A stretch of DNA of 32,000 nt, taken from assembly GCA_965247685.1 (NCBI GenBank), contig OZ252021.1:420001-452000 (forward strand). The letters are read 5' to 3'. The position numbers and the translations under genes were made by a program. The notes beneath the pieces were generated by a model. That model did not search any database. It was not told the DNA's origin and saw only the letters and a list, made by a program, of their open reading frames with translations. Positions within the stretch are counted from its first letter, which is position 1. Each line of letters starts with the position of its first letter. Positions 1 through 7,808 of this stretch are shown piece by piece. This stretch comes from Bdellovibrionales bacterium. Its GTDB lineage: Bacteria > Bdellovibrionota > Bdellovibrionia > Bdellovibrionales > UBA1609.

Positions 1-241
1 CAATTTGAGCAGACCAGTTCCACGGATCAGAATAAATAGCATTTCTAAAAGAGGCAATAGCTTTCGTGTTTTGATTAGATTCTAAGAGAGCCACTCCTTG
101 ATTGTAGAACTCTTTAGATTTATCTACAGAATAAGACTCTATTGAATGATCTTTTAAATGAATGTTTTTAACCCTTGAACGAGAACTCCATGCTTCTAAA
201 GAAAAGATCAAAAAAACATATAGAATAAAAAAATATTTCAT
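1..241 (-). CDS. 5' part of a secreted TPR-like repeat protein (ORF continues past the left edge of the window)
   Basis: My own minus-strand translation from the ATG at 241-239 gives MKYFFILYVFLIFSLEAWSSRSRVKN...EFYNQGVALLESNQNTKAIASFRNAIYSDPWNWSAQI. It stays open to position 1. The N-terminus is hydrophobic and signal-peptide-like. The AIxxFxxAIxxDP spacing resembles a TPR unit. It is absent from the supplied ORF track because it is truncated. Confidence 0.45.
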   Translation of the reverse strand, partial: MKYFFILYVFLIFSLEAWSSRSRVKNIHLKDHSIESYSVDKSKEFYNQGVALLESNQNTKAIASFRNAIYSDPWNWSAQI

Positions 242-376
242 AAACCTAAAATAATCGTTGTCCTATTTTGGAACATTCGAATCTAAATATACTAAATATA
301 ATTGTCATTTTAAAAAAAGTCTATATCCTCCTCAAAATATCTTCAGTTTAAAGTGTTTTTATCCGATTAATACATC

Positions 377-1465
377 GTGAAGTTCCTTATTTTATTTATT
401 ATTTCAGTCCTATGTGTTGCAGATAGTTTTGCCATAGGAGTTGGCGCTTTAAGTGCTACTGGAGCTGGCATTTCTTTGGTGGCTTCTATGACCAAATCTG
501 AAAAGGTTCAAAAAGCGGGGGCTGTGATCAATATAGGTATTGGAGGTAAATTAATAGCTTCCAATTGTCCTACCAATCTGCTGCTTTGTGGGTTGGGTGC
601 AGCACATATTTATGCAGGTATGCAGCTCTTCTCCAATGCCGATAAAACCCGTAGAAATCGAGACAATAATTATGGCAGAGAAGGATCACACCATCACCAC
701 CCTCCAATCGCTGGGCACTATCATCCGCATCCTCCAGGCCCGAGGCCTCCTCATCCCATCCCTGATTGCGCGGAAGGTGGGGATAATACTGATTGTGTGA
801 CTGAAGATCCCACTCCCACTCCTCCTGATCCCATTCATGACGACCCCCTTAATTGCGTGGCAGATGCGGACAACGTTGATTGTGATCCTAATCCCTCTAG
901 GATAGTTGAGAATTGCATAAATCATCCTCAACAGCCTGGTTGTAGGGTAATTATCGATGCGAATAGGATATGTAGGGAGAGTGCAGTCTGTGACTTGACA
1001 AATCTTCCGCTTATCACACTCCCTAATGGAGACATAGTAGATGTTACAACAATAAAAAACCCATTATCTGAACAAGAAATGAAAGATTTGTATGACAAAG
1101 CTTTATCTTCAGCTCAATCTTCTTATCCAAATTTATTCTCTGATTCATCTATGGCAAGAAAACGCAAAAAAGGTTCCAGTACTAGCGACGTTGCTAAAGA
1201 TAAGGGACTCCTTGATGGAGATGGACAAGGTGGAGCGTCGTCTAGAGGAGGTCCTATTGTTATCCGAAGAAATAGAAGCCCAGACTCTTTAGATGATGAT
1301 GGATTAGGAAACGATTGGTATAAAAAACTTCAAGCTCAATTAAATAATAAGAAGAAGAAAAAAACACTCAAATTCAAATCTCAAAAACTCGGAAATGACA
1401 AAATCGGTACATCTTATGACAATATCTTTAATATGATGTCTGAAGGTTATCAAGCGCGCTACTAA
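377..1465 (+). CDS. Hypothetical secreted protein rich in His/Pro, with C-x8-C loops and a Lys-rich tail
   Basis: A 362-codon ORF is long for AT-rich DNA. The start is GTG. The signal-peptide-like N-terminus is MKFLILFIISVLCVADSFA. Gly/Ala-rich hydrophobic segments follow, then SHHHHPPIAGHYHPHPPGPRPPHP. Next come three C-x8-C pairs (CAEGGDNTDC, CVADADNVDC, CINHPQQPGC) and one C-x5-C (CRESAVC). The tail contains KKKKK. I recognise no family. Confidence 0.7.
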   Translation: MKFLILFIISVLCVADSFAIGVGALSATGAGISLVASMTKSEKVQKAGAVINIGIGGKLIASNCPTNLLLCGLGAAHIYAGMQLFSNADKTRRNRDNNYGREGSHHHHPPIAGHYHPHPPGPRPPHPIPDCAEGGDNTDCVTEDPTPTPPDPIHDDPLNCVADADNVDCDPNPSRIVENCINHPQQPGCRVIIDANRICRESAVCDLTNLPLITLPNGDIVDVTTIKNPLSEQEMKDLYDKALSSAQSSYPNLFSDSSMARKRKKGSSTSDVAKDKGLLDGDGQGGASSRGGPIVIRRNRSPDSLDDDGLGNDWYKKLQAQLNNKKKKKTLKFKSQKLGNDKIGTSYDNIFNMMSEGYQARY

Positions 1466-1472
1466 GCAAAAA

Positions 1473-2513
1473 CTATTTATCATTCCATTTGAATAAAATC
1501 ACTGTGAGCGTCAGTACAATAACACTAAACAATAGCATTGCCCAAATATGATCACGCACTTGATATAAAGAGGCTCCATCCAGCATAATCTTTCTTGTAG
1601 ATGCAATAAGGTGTGTTAAAGGGAGAGCTTTTGAAAAATTTTGCAGCCACACAGGACTTCCTTCTAAAGAAAACCACATTTCTGAAAAAATAAAAAAAGG
1701 CCAACTAAAAACATTTAAAAGCTGATCAGCAAACTCCTTACTCTTTGTCCGAGAAGCCACTAAAAGCCCAATGGAAGATAAAGAGATAGCTCCTAGAGTA
1801 TAACAAACAATAAGACTGAGATAAGAACCTTGAGTTTCAAAAGAAATCAATAAAGAACCTGTAATAAAAGTGACAGAAGTAGTGACTAGCACAATCACCA
1901 AACGAGAAAAGAGCTGCCCCAAAAGAAAAGAATAACTTTTAAGTGGTGTGGCATGAAGTCTTTTCAAGTAGCCTTCACATCTATAGACTACAATCATATA
2001 TCCCACTCCCCATAAACATCCAAACATAATGGTGAGAGCTAGAATTCCTGGAAAAACCCAATCCATATAACTTGCAGGCTGAGTCATAAAGGAATTTTTT
2101 CTAAGCTTTTTATTGAAAGACTTTTTTAGTAATTGTTCGGTAATGTAACCATTCTTATTAGAATCATTGATCCAATATTGCATAGGAGAAGATAGCTCAA
2201 TCAATAAATCTAACTTATGATCTCGAACTTTTTTGATCCCAGCTTGTTTTTCCTGTGGCAAAAACTGAATATGCTGAATTTGAAAAAATTCTTCAGATTG
2301 TAAAGCCGATGATTCTAATGAACCTACTATTCCAACTTTAAATAAAGAGCTTTGATCATTGTTAAAGGTTATATAAAAAGCAGTAATAATAAATATAGGT
2401 AAAACCCAATGCCAATAAAAACTACTTTTATCTCGATAAAACTCTCTAAAGCGAGCAAGCCATACGGCGTAAAAAGAAGTAAAAAATATTTTTACTGATT
2501 TAATTTTAATCAT
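1473..2513 (-). CDS. ABC-2 type transporter permease
   Basis: The 346-aa protein has one N-terminal TM helix, a roughly 110-aa soluble loop, then a cluster of about five hydrophobic helices. This is the typical ABC-2 topology. Its start overlaps the stop of the upstream ATPase gene by 8 nt, which suggests translational coupling. Confidence 0.85.
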   Translation of the reverse strand: MIKIKSVKIFFTSFYAVWLARFREFYRDKSSFYWHWVLPIFIITAFYITFNNDQSSLFKVGIVGSLESSALQSEEFFQIQHIQFLPQEKQAGIKKVRDHKLDLLIELSSPMQYWINDSNKNGYITEQLLKKSFNKKLRKNSFMTQPASYMDWVFPGILALTIMFGCLWGVGYMIVVYRCEGYLKRLHATPLKSYSFLLGQLFSRLVIVLVTTSVTFITGSLLISFETQGSYLSLIVCYTLGAISLSSIGLLVASRTKSKEFADQLLNVFSWPFFIFSEMWFSLEGSPVWLQNFSKALPLTHLIASTRKIMLDGASLYQVRDHIWAMLLFSVIVLTLTVILFKWNDK

Positions 2514-3387
2514 TCAAACTTTTTCCTGCTAGCTTGATAAATAAATCCTCTAAAGTGTAAGGATGTATCTCCATGTCTGTAATGGAAGTATTCGAATTAA
2601 TCAGTTTTTTTAGAAAAAGCTCTACTTGATTCACATTAAATTCTAAATGTGAAGAAGTTTCCCGAACTAGTAAAGATGAAAACTCACTAAGATCTTTTTT
2701 ATAAGACAGAGGAAATAAAGCACGAACACCTGTAAAATGTTTACTGAGTAAATCTTGAGGAGTCCCTTCTTCAATAATCTTCCCTTGATCCATAATAATT
2801 AATTCATCACAAAGTGTTTGAGCTTCATCCATAAAGTGTGTCGTCAAAATAATAGTTTTTCCTTGCTTTTTAATAATATTGATTAAATTCCAAAATCTTT
2901 TTCTTGCTGCTGGATCTAAATCCGTTGTGGGCTCATCTAAAAATAAAAGTTCTGGATCATTAATTAAAGACAATCCAAGTAGAAGCCGCTTCCTTTGACC
3001 TCCAGATAATTGTTTATGATCTTTTTCTAAAATATCCTCTAACTCACAAGTCTTAATAAGATCTTCTAAAGGTTGATGATGTTTATAAAACGCTGCAAAG
3101 GTTTTCAAAGCTTCATACACTCTCATATGTTCTTGTAAAGCTGTTTTTTGAAACTGAATACCAATTTTTTCTTTATATTCTGAAGTTCTGGGTTTTTGAT
3201 TAAATAAAATAGTTCCATGAGTCGGTTCTTTAACGCCCTCAAGTATTTCAATGACAGTCGATTTACCCGCTCCATTAGGTCCGAGCATTCCAAAGCAAAC
3301 ACCTTTTTTAACTTTAAAAGAGACATCATTTACAGCTTTGAAAGAGCCATAATATTTATGAAGATTAATAACATCCAAACAAATCAT
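2506..3387 (-). CDS. ABC transporter ATP-binding protein (ABC-2/DrrA-NatA-like exporter ATPase)
   Basis: Walker A is GPNGAGKST. The ABC signature is LSGGQRKR. Walker B is LLFLDEPTTDLD. A H-loop TTH is present. The start is ATG. Confidence 0.93.
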   Translation of the reverse strand: MICLDVINLHKYYGSFKAVNDVSFKVKKGVCFGMLGPNGAGKSTVIEILEGVKEPTHGTILFNQKPRTSEYKEKIGIQFQKTALQEHMRVYEALKTFAAFYKHHQPLEDLIKTCELEDILEKDHKQLSGGQRKRLLLGLSLINDPELLFLDEPTTDLDPAARKRFWNLINIIKKQGKTIILTTHFMDEAQTLCDELIIMDQGKIIEEGTPQDLLSKHFTGVRALFPLSYKKDLSEFSSLLVRETSSHLEFNVNQVELFLKKLINSNTSITDMEIHPYTLEDLFIKLAGKSLND

Positions 3388-3405
3388 AACGTAAAAAGGA
3401 AATAA

Positions 3406-4302
3406 CTAGGAACAACTTCGATTCGTACACACCTTATCACAAATGTTAGAAGTGAGCTCATCACTGTTAATACCTAAACCATAATAAGAGTCTTCTTCTT
3501 GAATAAAGTCAAAGATTTTATCCCTTTCAATAACTCCTGAAATAAATCTAAAATTAGGTGTATGAATGTATTTTGAATCTTCTTTATGACAATACACTCG
3601 CAACACACAAGTTTCATTAAAGTCTGATAAATCAAATAAAGCATATTCATAATCAAAATCACATAATTCTTCTTCAATCATAATATGAGCCATATAAACG
3701 GCATAATCATTGTTATTCTCATTGCTAATTGTATAGAAGTTACTTCCATGCACTAAGTTCCAATGAAGAGCATTTTCCACTGTTAAAGGACTGACGGAGC
3801 TTACCAAGTTGAGAAAAATATTTTTATATTCATCAGACCCTAGTGAGAACAAAATATGTGCAATATCTCTTTCTTCTGCAACCCATGACAAAAATCTTCG
3901 AGCTTCTGGAATAGTATATTCATAAATATGTTTGTTTAAAGTACGTGTTCCTACGCTTAAAAATAATTGAAATTCACGAGCATTAACATGTTTGAGATCC
4001 AAACGACTTGCATTTTCAAAAACAGGGGCGATGTAATGAATATCTTCTACATCAGACACAGACAGATCCAAGCATGTAGAAATTTCTTCAGGATGATTTT
4101 GATAAATTTCAGAGCAAGCCACTCGACACTTGCTAAAGGAGTGGCATAATCTATCGTCTCGAGAATATCTGTTTGAAGATCTCTTTTCATCTTCAATATC
4201 TTGATCAAGCTCCACCTTTTGCCTATCGTTGATATTTGTACAAGCTCCACAAAAGGATAAGACTAAAAGCAGTAACAATCCATTTTTTTTCATCGACTCC
4301 AC
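3406..4302 (-). CDS. Cys-patterned lipoprotein, paralogue 1 of a 4-member tandem family (function unknown)
   Basis: The signal peptide has a lipobox (LLLLLVLSFCGAC). Shared family motifs are CHSFSKCRVACSEIY, RFLSWVAEE and CVLRVYC, with a C-terminal CDKVCTNRSC. The start is either the GTG at 4302 or the ATG at 4293 (MKKNG...), which has GGAG just upstream. Confidence 0.75.
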   Translation of the reverse strand: MESMKKNGLLLLLVLSFCGACTNINDRQKVELDQDIEDEKRSSNRYSRDDRLCHSFSKCRVACSEIYQNHPEEISTCLDLSVSDVEDIHYIAPVFENASRLDLKHVNAREFQLFLSVGTRTLNKHIYEYTIPEARRFLSWVAEERDIAHILFSLGSDEYKNIFLNLVSSVSPLTVENALHWNLVHGSNFYTISNENNNDYAVYMAHIMIEEELCDFDYEYALFDLSDFNETCVLRVYCHKEDSKYIHTPNFRFISGVIERDKIFDFIQEEDSYYGLGINSDELTSNICDKVCTNRSCS

Positions 4303-4352
4303 CTTCTTTGGAATTGTTCCATAGCTAGCATTTTAGGTCAAAATAAAAAAAA

Positions 4353-5336
4353 TTAAAAATCGCAGTCATTTTGTCTGTTGCAGAACCGATTACAAAGTTC
4401 AGTGTCAAAAATTTCACTTCTTAAATCACTATCTATAACATCACCATCTCTAATGCTTCTTTGTACATAAGACCACACATCTGGCCCTTGTACATAGCAA
4501 TAGTCCTCATCCTCAGCTTCATAACCATCTAAATAGTAACAACTAGAATCGTTCTCATAAGTAGAACTTTGTCCAGAAATAGGTCGCCTTGTACAAAGAG
4601 CGAGCAATTTACAATTTTTAGAAGAATTAGAGCATTCATCTTCCTCTAGTAATTTAAAAGCCAACTCTAAAGCTTTTTCATTATCATTTTCTTGAACAAA
4701 ATATAAAAAAGTTTCTCTTTGACGAGCTAAACCTATAGATAAAGCACGAGCAATGGTTTGGGGTTCTGAATGCCGGTCTGCAAGTTCTAAAAGAATTTCT
4801 TTCAGTGCTTCATCATTATTCCTATAGCTCATTGCTTGTGTTGCACTCGATGAGGCAGCCACCCAATTGAGAAAAGCGGATGTTCCTCGAACTCCCCAAT
4901 CATCCTTGAATTTTCTACGAAAAACATCTATTTCTTCGTCAAAAATGACTCCCACCGCTGAAGGATCAATGCCATCTGCATTGGGGCTGCGAATATTTTC
5001 TAATGCCTCAAAAGTTTCATGGAGAGCCTCTACCATATCAATAGGAAATTTTTCACAAGAATCTCTATTAGAGGAAGAAAAAATATCTCGACATAAATCA
5101 CGGCAATCACTATCTTCCTCACAGTCTTCTCCATCAAAATCACTTCTGCTTAAAGCACGAAATCGACTGGAAGAGGAATTTACTTCTCTGAGTTCACCGT
5201 TACCAGATCGTCTAGATGAATCATCAGGTTCAACAATAAAATCATTGCTACTGCGATCACAACTAAAGAGAAGTAAGAAAAAAGTAAAAAACACTGCAAT
5301 AAAAACAACCCTCAGTGTATTTCTTCGAACAAACAT
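4353..5336 (-). CDS. Cys-patterned lipoprotein, paralogue 2 (function unknown)
   Basis: The lipobox is FFLLLFSCDRS. Family motifs are CEEDSDCRDLCRDIF, AFLNWVAAS and CKLLALC, with a C-terminal CNRFCNRQNDC. Confidence 0.75.
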   Translation of the reverse strand: MFVRRNTLRVVFIAVFFTFFLLLFSCDRSSNDFIVEPDDSSRRSGNGELREVNSSSSRFRALSRSDFDGEDCEEDSDCRDLCRDIFSSSNRDSCEKFPIDMVEALHETFEALENIRSPNADGIDPSAVGVIFDEEIDVFRRKFKDDWGVRGTSAFLNWVAASSSATQAMSYRNNDEALKEILLELADRHSEPQTIARALSIGLARQRETFLYFVQENDNEKALELAFKLLEEDECSNSSKNCKLLALCTRRPISGQSSTYENDSSCYYLDGYEAEDEDYCYVQGPDVWSYVQRSIRDGDVIDSDLRSEIFDTELCNRFCNRQNDCDF

Positions 5337-5475
5337 ACCTTATTTTAATATCGATATATTCCTAGAATCAAGAATAAGTAAAGACAGCCACTCAGAACAA
5401 GCCTACAAAACTCCTATATCACTATGCACAACATGATCTCTCACACCTAACTGTTCGATATGAGATGTTATTTTA

Positions 5476-6465
5476 TTATATCAAACCTTGATTGTCTGCA
5501 GCTCTACAAACATCATTGATATCCTCATAGTCATCAACTTCTAATCCATCTCTGTGAGTAGTAGCATGTGTGCTACTAGCAGATCCTGCTCTAATATAAT
5601 CTTCAAGGTCAACTATCTCTTCTAAGATATACTCGAAGACATCTCTAAAGATATAATCACCTTTATCTTCATCGCAAAGGGCTTCTGCCAGCAAACAAGC
5701 TGCATCTCTAAAATCTTCATCTACATGAGTGTATTTACTAGTTTGCTGTCCAGCTGGAGCATTTTCTCGACAATCATCCAGTGCTTCTTCAAGAAGAAAA
5801 GAAGCTCCACTATCTTCGTCCGCATTAAAAGATAAAACAACAAAGTTATCTTCTTTATCTCTATCCAAGGTAGTTGTGATAAAATCAATAAAACTATTAG
5901 ACCCAAATTCATCTAAAAGATCGTTGAAAAACCTCTTCAGATCACCGTCATCAAATGACGAATCGATAGCGTCATAAATGTCACCTTCAGTTGCGATCCA
6001 ATAAAGAACTCTTTTTGCTTGAGACCTGCTATAATCTTCAATGAGCTCACCCCAAAGTCCACCATCAATGTCTAAAGCATTTTCTATATCTTCGGGTTGT
6101 ACCTCTGGTAGATCATCTTCATCTGGTTCAGCTAAATATCCATCATTGTCTTCAAATGCAAGAAACATCCCTTCCACCTCATTAACACTCAGTTCTAAGC
6201 AGTCCTCCCTTTTAGTTCTACTGCCAAAAAGGTCTTCACACTGTTCTTCACAATCATCATCTCTCTCACAAGAACCACCGCCAACTCGAGTACGAGTACG
6301 ATTTCTGCCGGTAGAATCATCAGGAGCAGGTGCTGGTAGAATAATAGGTCCCCCTCCGTTTCTCCCTCCGTTTACGGTTTGATTCCCTGGTCTACAAGAA
6401 GAAAAGGTAAAGGCCAACACGCCTACTATGAAAGCCGAACAAATATAAACCAATTTTCTTCTCAT
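5476..6465 (-). CDS. Acidic Cys-patterned lipoprotein, paralogue 3 (function unknown)
   Basis: The lipobox is LAFTFSSCRPG. Family motifs are CERDDDCEEQCEDLF, RVLYWIATEGDIYDAI and CLLAEALC. The protein is very rich in Asp and Glu. I place the start at the ATG at 6465 (MRRKLVY...) because GGAGG lies 5 nt upstream. The track's TTG at 6477 overlaps that Shine-Dalgarno sequence. Confidence 0.8.
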   Translation of the reverse strand: MRRKLVYICSAFIVGVLAFTFSSCRPGNQTVNGGRNGGGPIILPAPAPDDSTGRNRTRTRVGGGSCERDDDCEEQCEDLFGSRTKREDCLELSVNEVEGMFLAFEDNDGYLAEPDEDDLPEVQPEDIENALDIDGGLWGELIEDYSRSQAKRVLYWIATEGDIYDAIDSSFDDGDLKRFFNDLLDEFGSNSFIDFITTTLDRDKEDNFVVLSFNADEDSGASFLLEEALDDCRENAPAGQQTSKYTHVDEDFRDAACLLAEALCDEDKGDYIFRDVFEYILEEIVDLEDYIRAGSASSTHATTHRDGLEVDDYEDINDVCRAADNQGLI

Positions 6466-6664
6466 AACTACCTCCAAAAACAGCCAAAGACATTATCGAT
6501 ATCTTAATTCCATATAAGGTTCTCACAATCTTCGTGTAAAACCTAGCATCATACCGATCAAAACTAGACTTTTGTTCTCCTGTTTCATAAACATTTAAAA
6601 TCATTAGCTTTTAAACTATTTTTCAAAAACCCCGACTATTTAAAGACAAAAACCATTCAGTCTA

Positions 6665-7570
6665 TCACTCAGGAAGCCCTTGATCCTCTGCAGCCTCACA
6701 AACTGTACTAATATCATCAGAGTCCTCCACATCGAGTCCATCTGCATACCCATCGGATCTACCGTCTTCCACAAAATCCTTCAGGTCTGAAGTATTCTTT
6801 ATAATAAACTCAAAGGCAGCTTCAAAGATATAATCCCTGCCATCTTTTTTACAAAAAACCTGTCCAAGTAAACAAGCTGCTTCTGTAAAATCACCCGCAC
6901 TACTATAAGGGCCTTTCGGACAATCCTCTTCTGCGTTCTCAAGGACAAATTGAGCTGCTCTTAACCCTTTATTTGCAACAGCCAATACAATGAAATTATC
7001 TTCAGCATCTTCATCTAAATTTCTTATAATCAAATCGGTAAAAGTGGTGCCAGAGAGTTCTTCAAAGAGACTCTTTAAATCGTTGTCTTCAAGAGAAGTC
7101 TCGATAGCACCATAAATATCATTTTCGGTTGCAATCCAATAAAGAACCCTTTTAGACTGGGAGGAATTGTACGTACGAGCAAGTTTAGACCAAATATTTT
7201 TATCAATAGACAAAGCATTTTTTATATCTGCACATGAAATGTCTTTTAAATCATCTTCACTAGGTCCCTCTAACAATCCTCTTTTCTCATCAAATGCAGA
7301 AAATATACCTTGAACTTCATCCACAGAAAAATCCTTGCAGGCATTTGTTTTTGTATTACCACTAAAGAGATCCTCGCACTGCTCTTCACAATTACTATTT
7401 CCTACACAAGAACCACCGCCAGATTTAGAACATGTAGATGAATTTCCATTATCTGGTGGAGGAACTATATTGCCAGTTCCGGCTCCTGATTTATCTTCAC
7501 AAGAAATAAACATAAAAACCAGCATACTTGTGACAAGGACTGAATAAATATAACTTCTTCTTAAACTCAC
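6665..7570 (-). CDS. Acidic Cys-patterned lipoprotein, paralogue 4 (function unknown)
   Basis: The GTG start is preceded by AAGGAGAAGG. The lipobox is LVFMFISCEDK. Family motifs are CVGNSNCEEQCEDLF, RVLYWIATENDIYGAI and CLLGQVFC. It aligns with paralogue 3 along its whole length. Confidence 0.8.
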   Translation of the reverse strand: MSLRRSYIYSVLVTSMLVFMFISCEDKSGAGTGNIVPPPDNGNSSTCSKSGGGSCVGNSNCEEQCEDLFSGNTKTNACKDFSVDEVQGIFSAFDEKRGLLEGPSEDDLKDISCADIKNALSIDKNIWSKLARTYNSSQSKRVLYWIATENDIYGAIETSLEDNDLKSLFEELSGTTFTDLIIRNLDEDAEDNFIVLAVANKGLRAAQFVLENAEEDCPKGPYSSAGDFTEAACLLGQVFCKKDGRDYIFEAAFEFIIKNTSDLKDFVEDGRSDGYADGLDVEDSDDISTVCEAAEDQGLPE

Positions 7571-7808
7571 GACCTTCTCCTTTTATACTTGTGAAACAAG
7601 TCTTAATAAAACCACTATTTGAAACAAAATAAAAGATAAATATACTTCTGAATAATTCTTTTAATCTAAAAATTTTTAAAACCAGACTAAAATCCGTAAT
7701 TTGTGTTCAAAAATAAAACACTTTTTTTCAATAATAAAACGTTTCAACAAGCTTATGTATTCCTTAAGGAATTTTGTATTTAAAAAAGGAGATACTATTG
7801 CAATTGAA

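Noticed and set aside
686-931. An 81-aa minus-strand ORF and a 70-aa plus-strand ORF (588-800) inside the 377-1465 gene.
   Set aside because: Both are short and nested in the locally GC-richer His/Pro region, where stop codons are rare in all frames. Neither has independent support.
4867-5436. A 189-aa plus-strand ORF antisense to lipoprotein paralogue 2. Similar cases are 5729-5977 and 6041-6382 antisense to paralogue 3, and 7335-7547 antisense to paralogue 4.
   Set aside because: These are Ser/Leu-rich, low-complexity translations. They arise as the mirror image of Asp/Glu-rich (GAN) codons on the real coding strand. They have no start context or motifs, whereas the minus-strand ORFs carry lipoboxes and conserved paralogue motifs.
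5348-6501. ATCGAT-centred palindromes upstream of two lipoprotein paralogues: atatcgatat at 5348-5357 and tatcgata at 6494-6501. They could be a shared operator.
   Set aside because: Their distance to the start codon differs (12 vs 29 nt). The motif is absent upstream of paralogues 1 and 4. Short AT-rich palindromes are expected by chance, so I did not call a site.
6392-6604. A 70-aa minus-strand ORF upstream of and overlapping the start of lipoprotein paralogue 3.
   Set aside because: It is out of frame with, and overlaps, the well-supported lipoprotein start. It has no recognisable features and is probably spurious.
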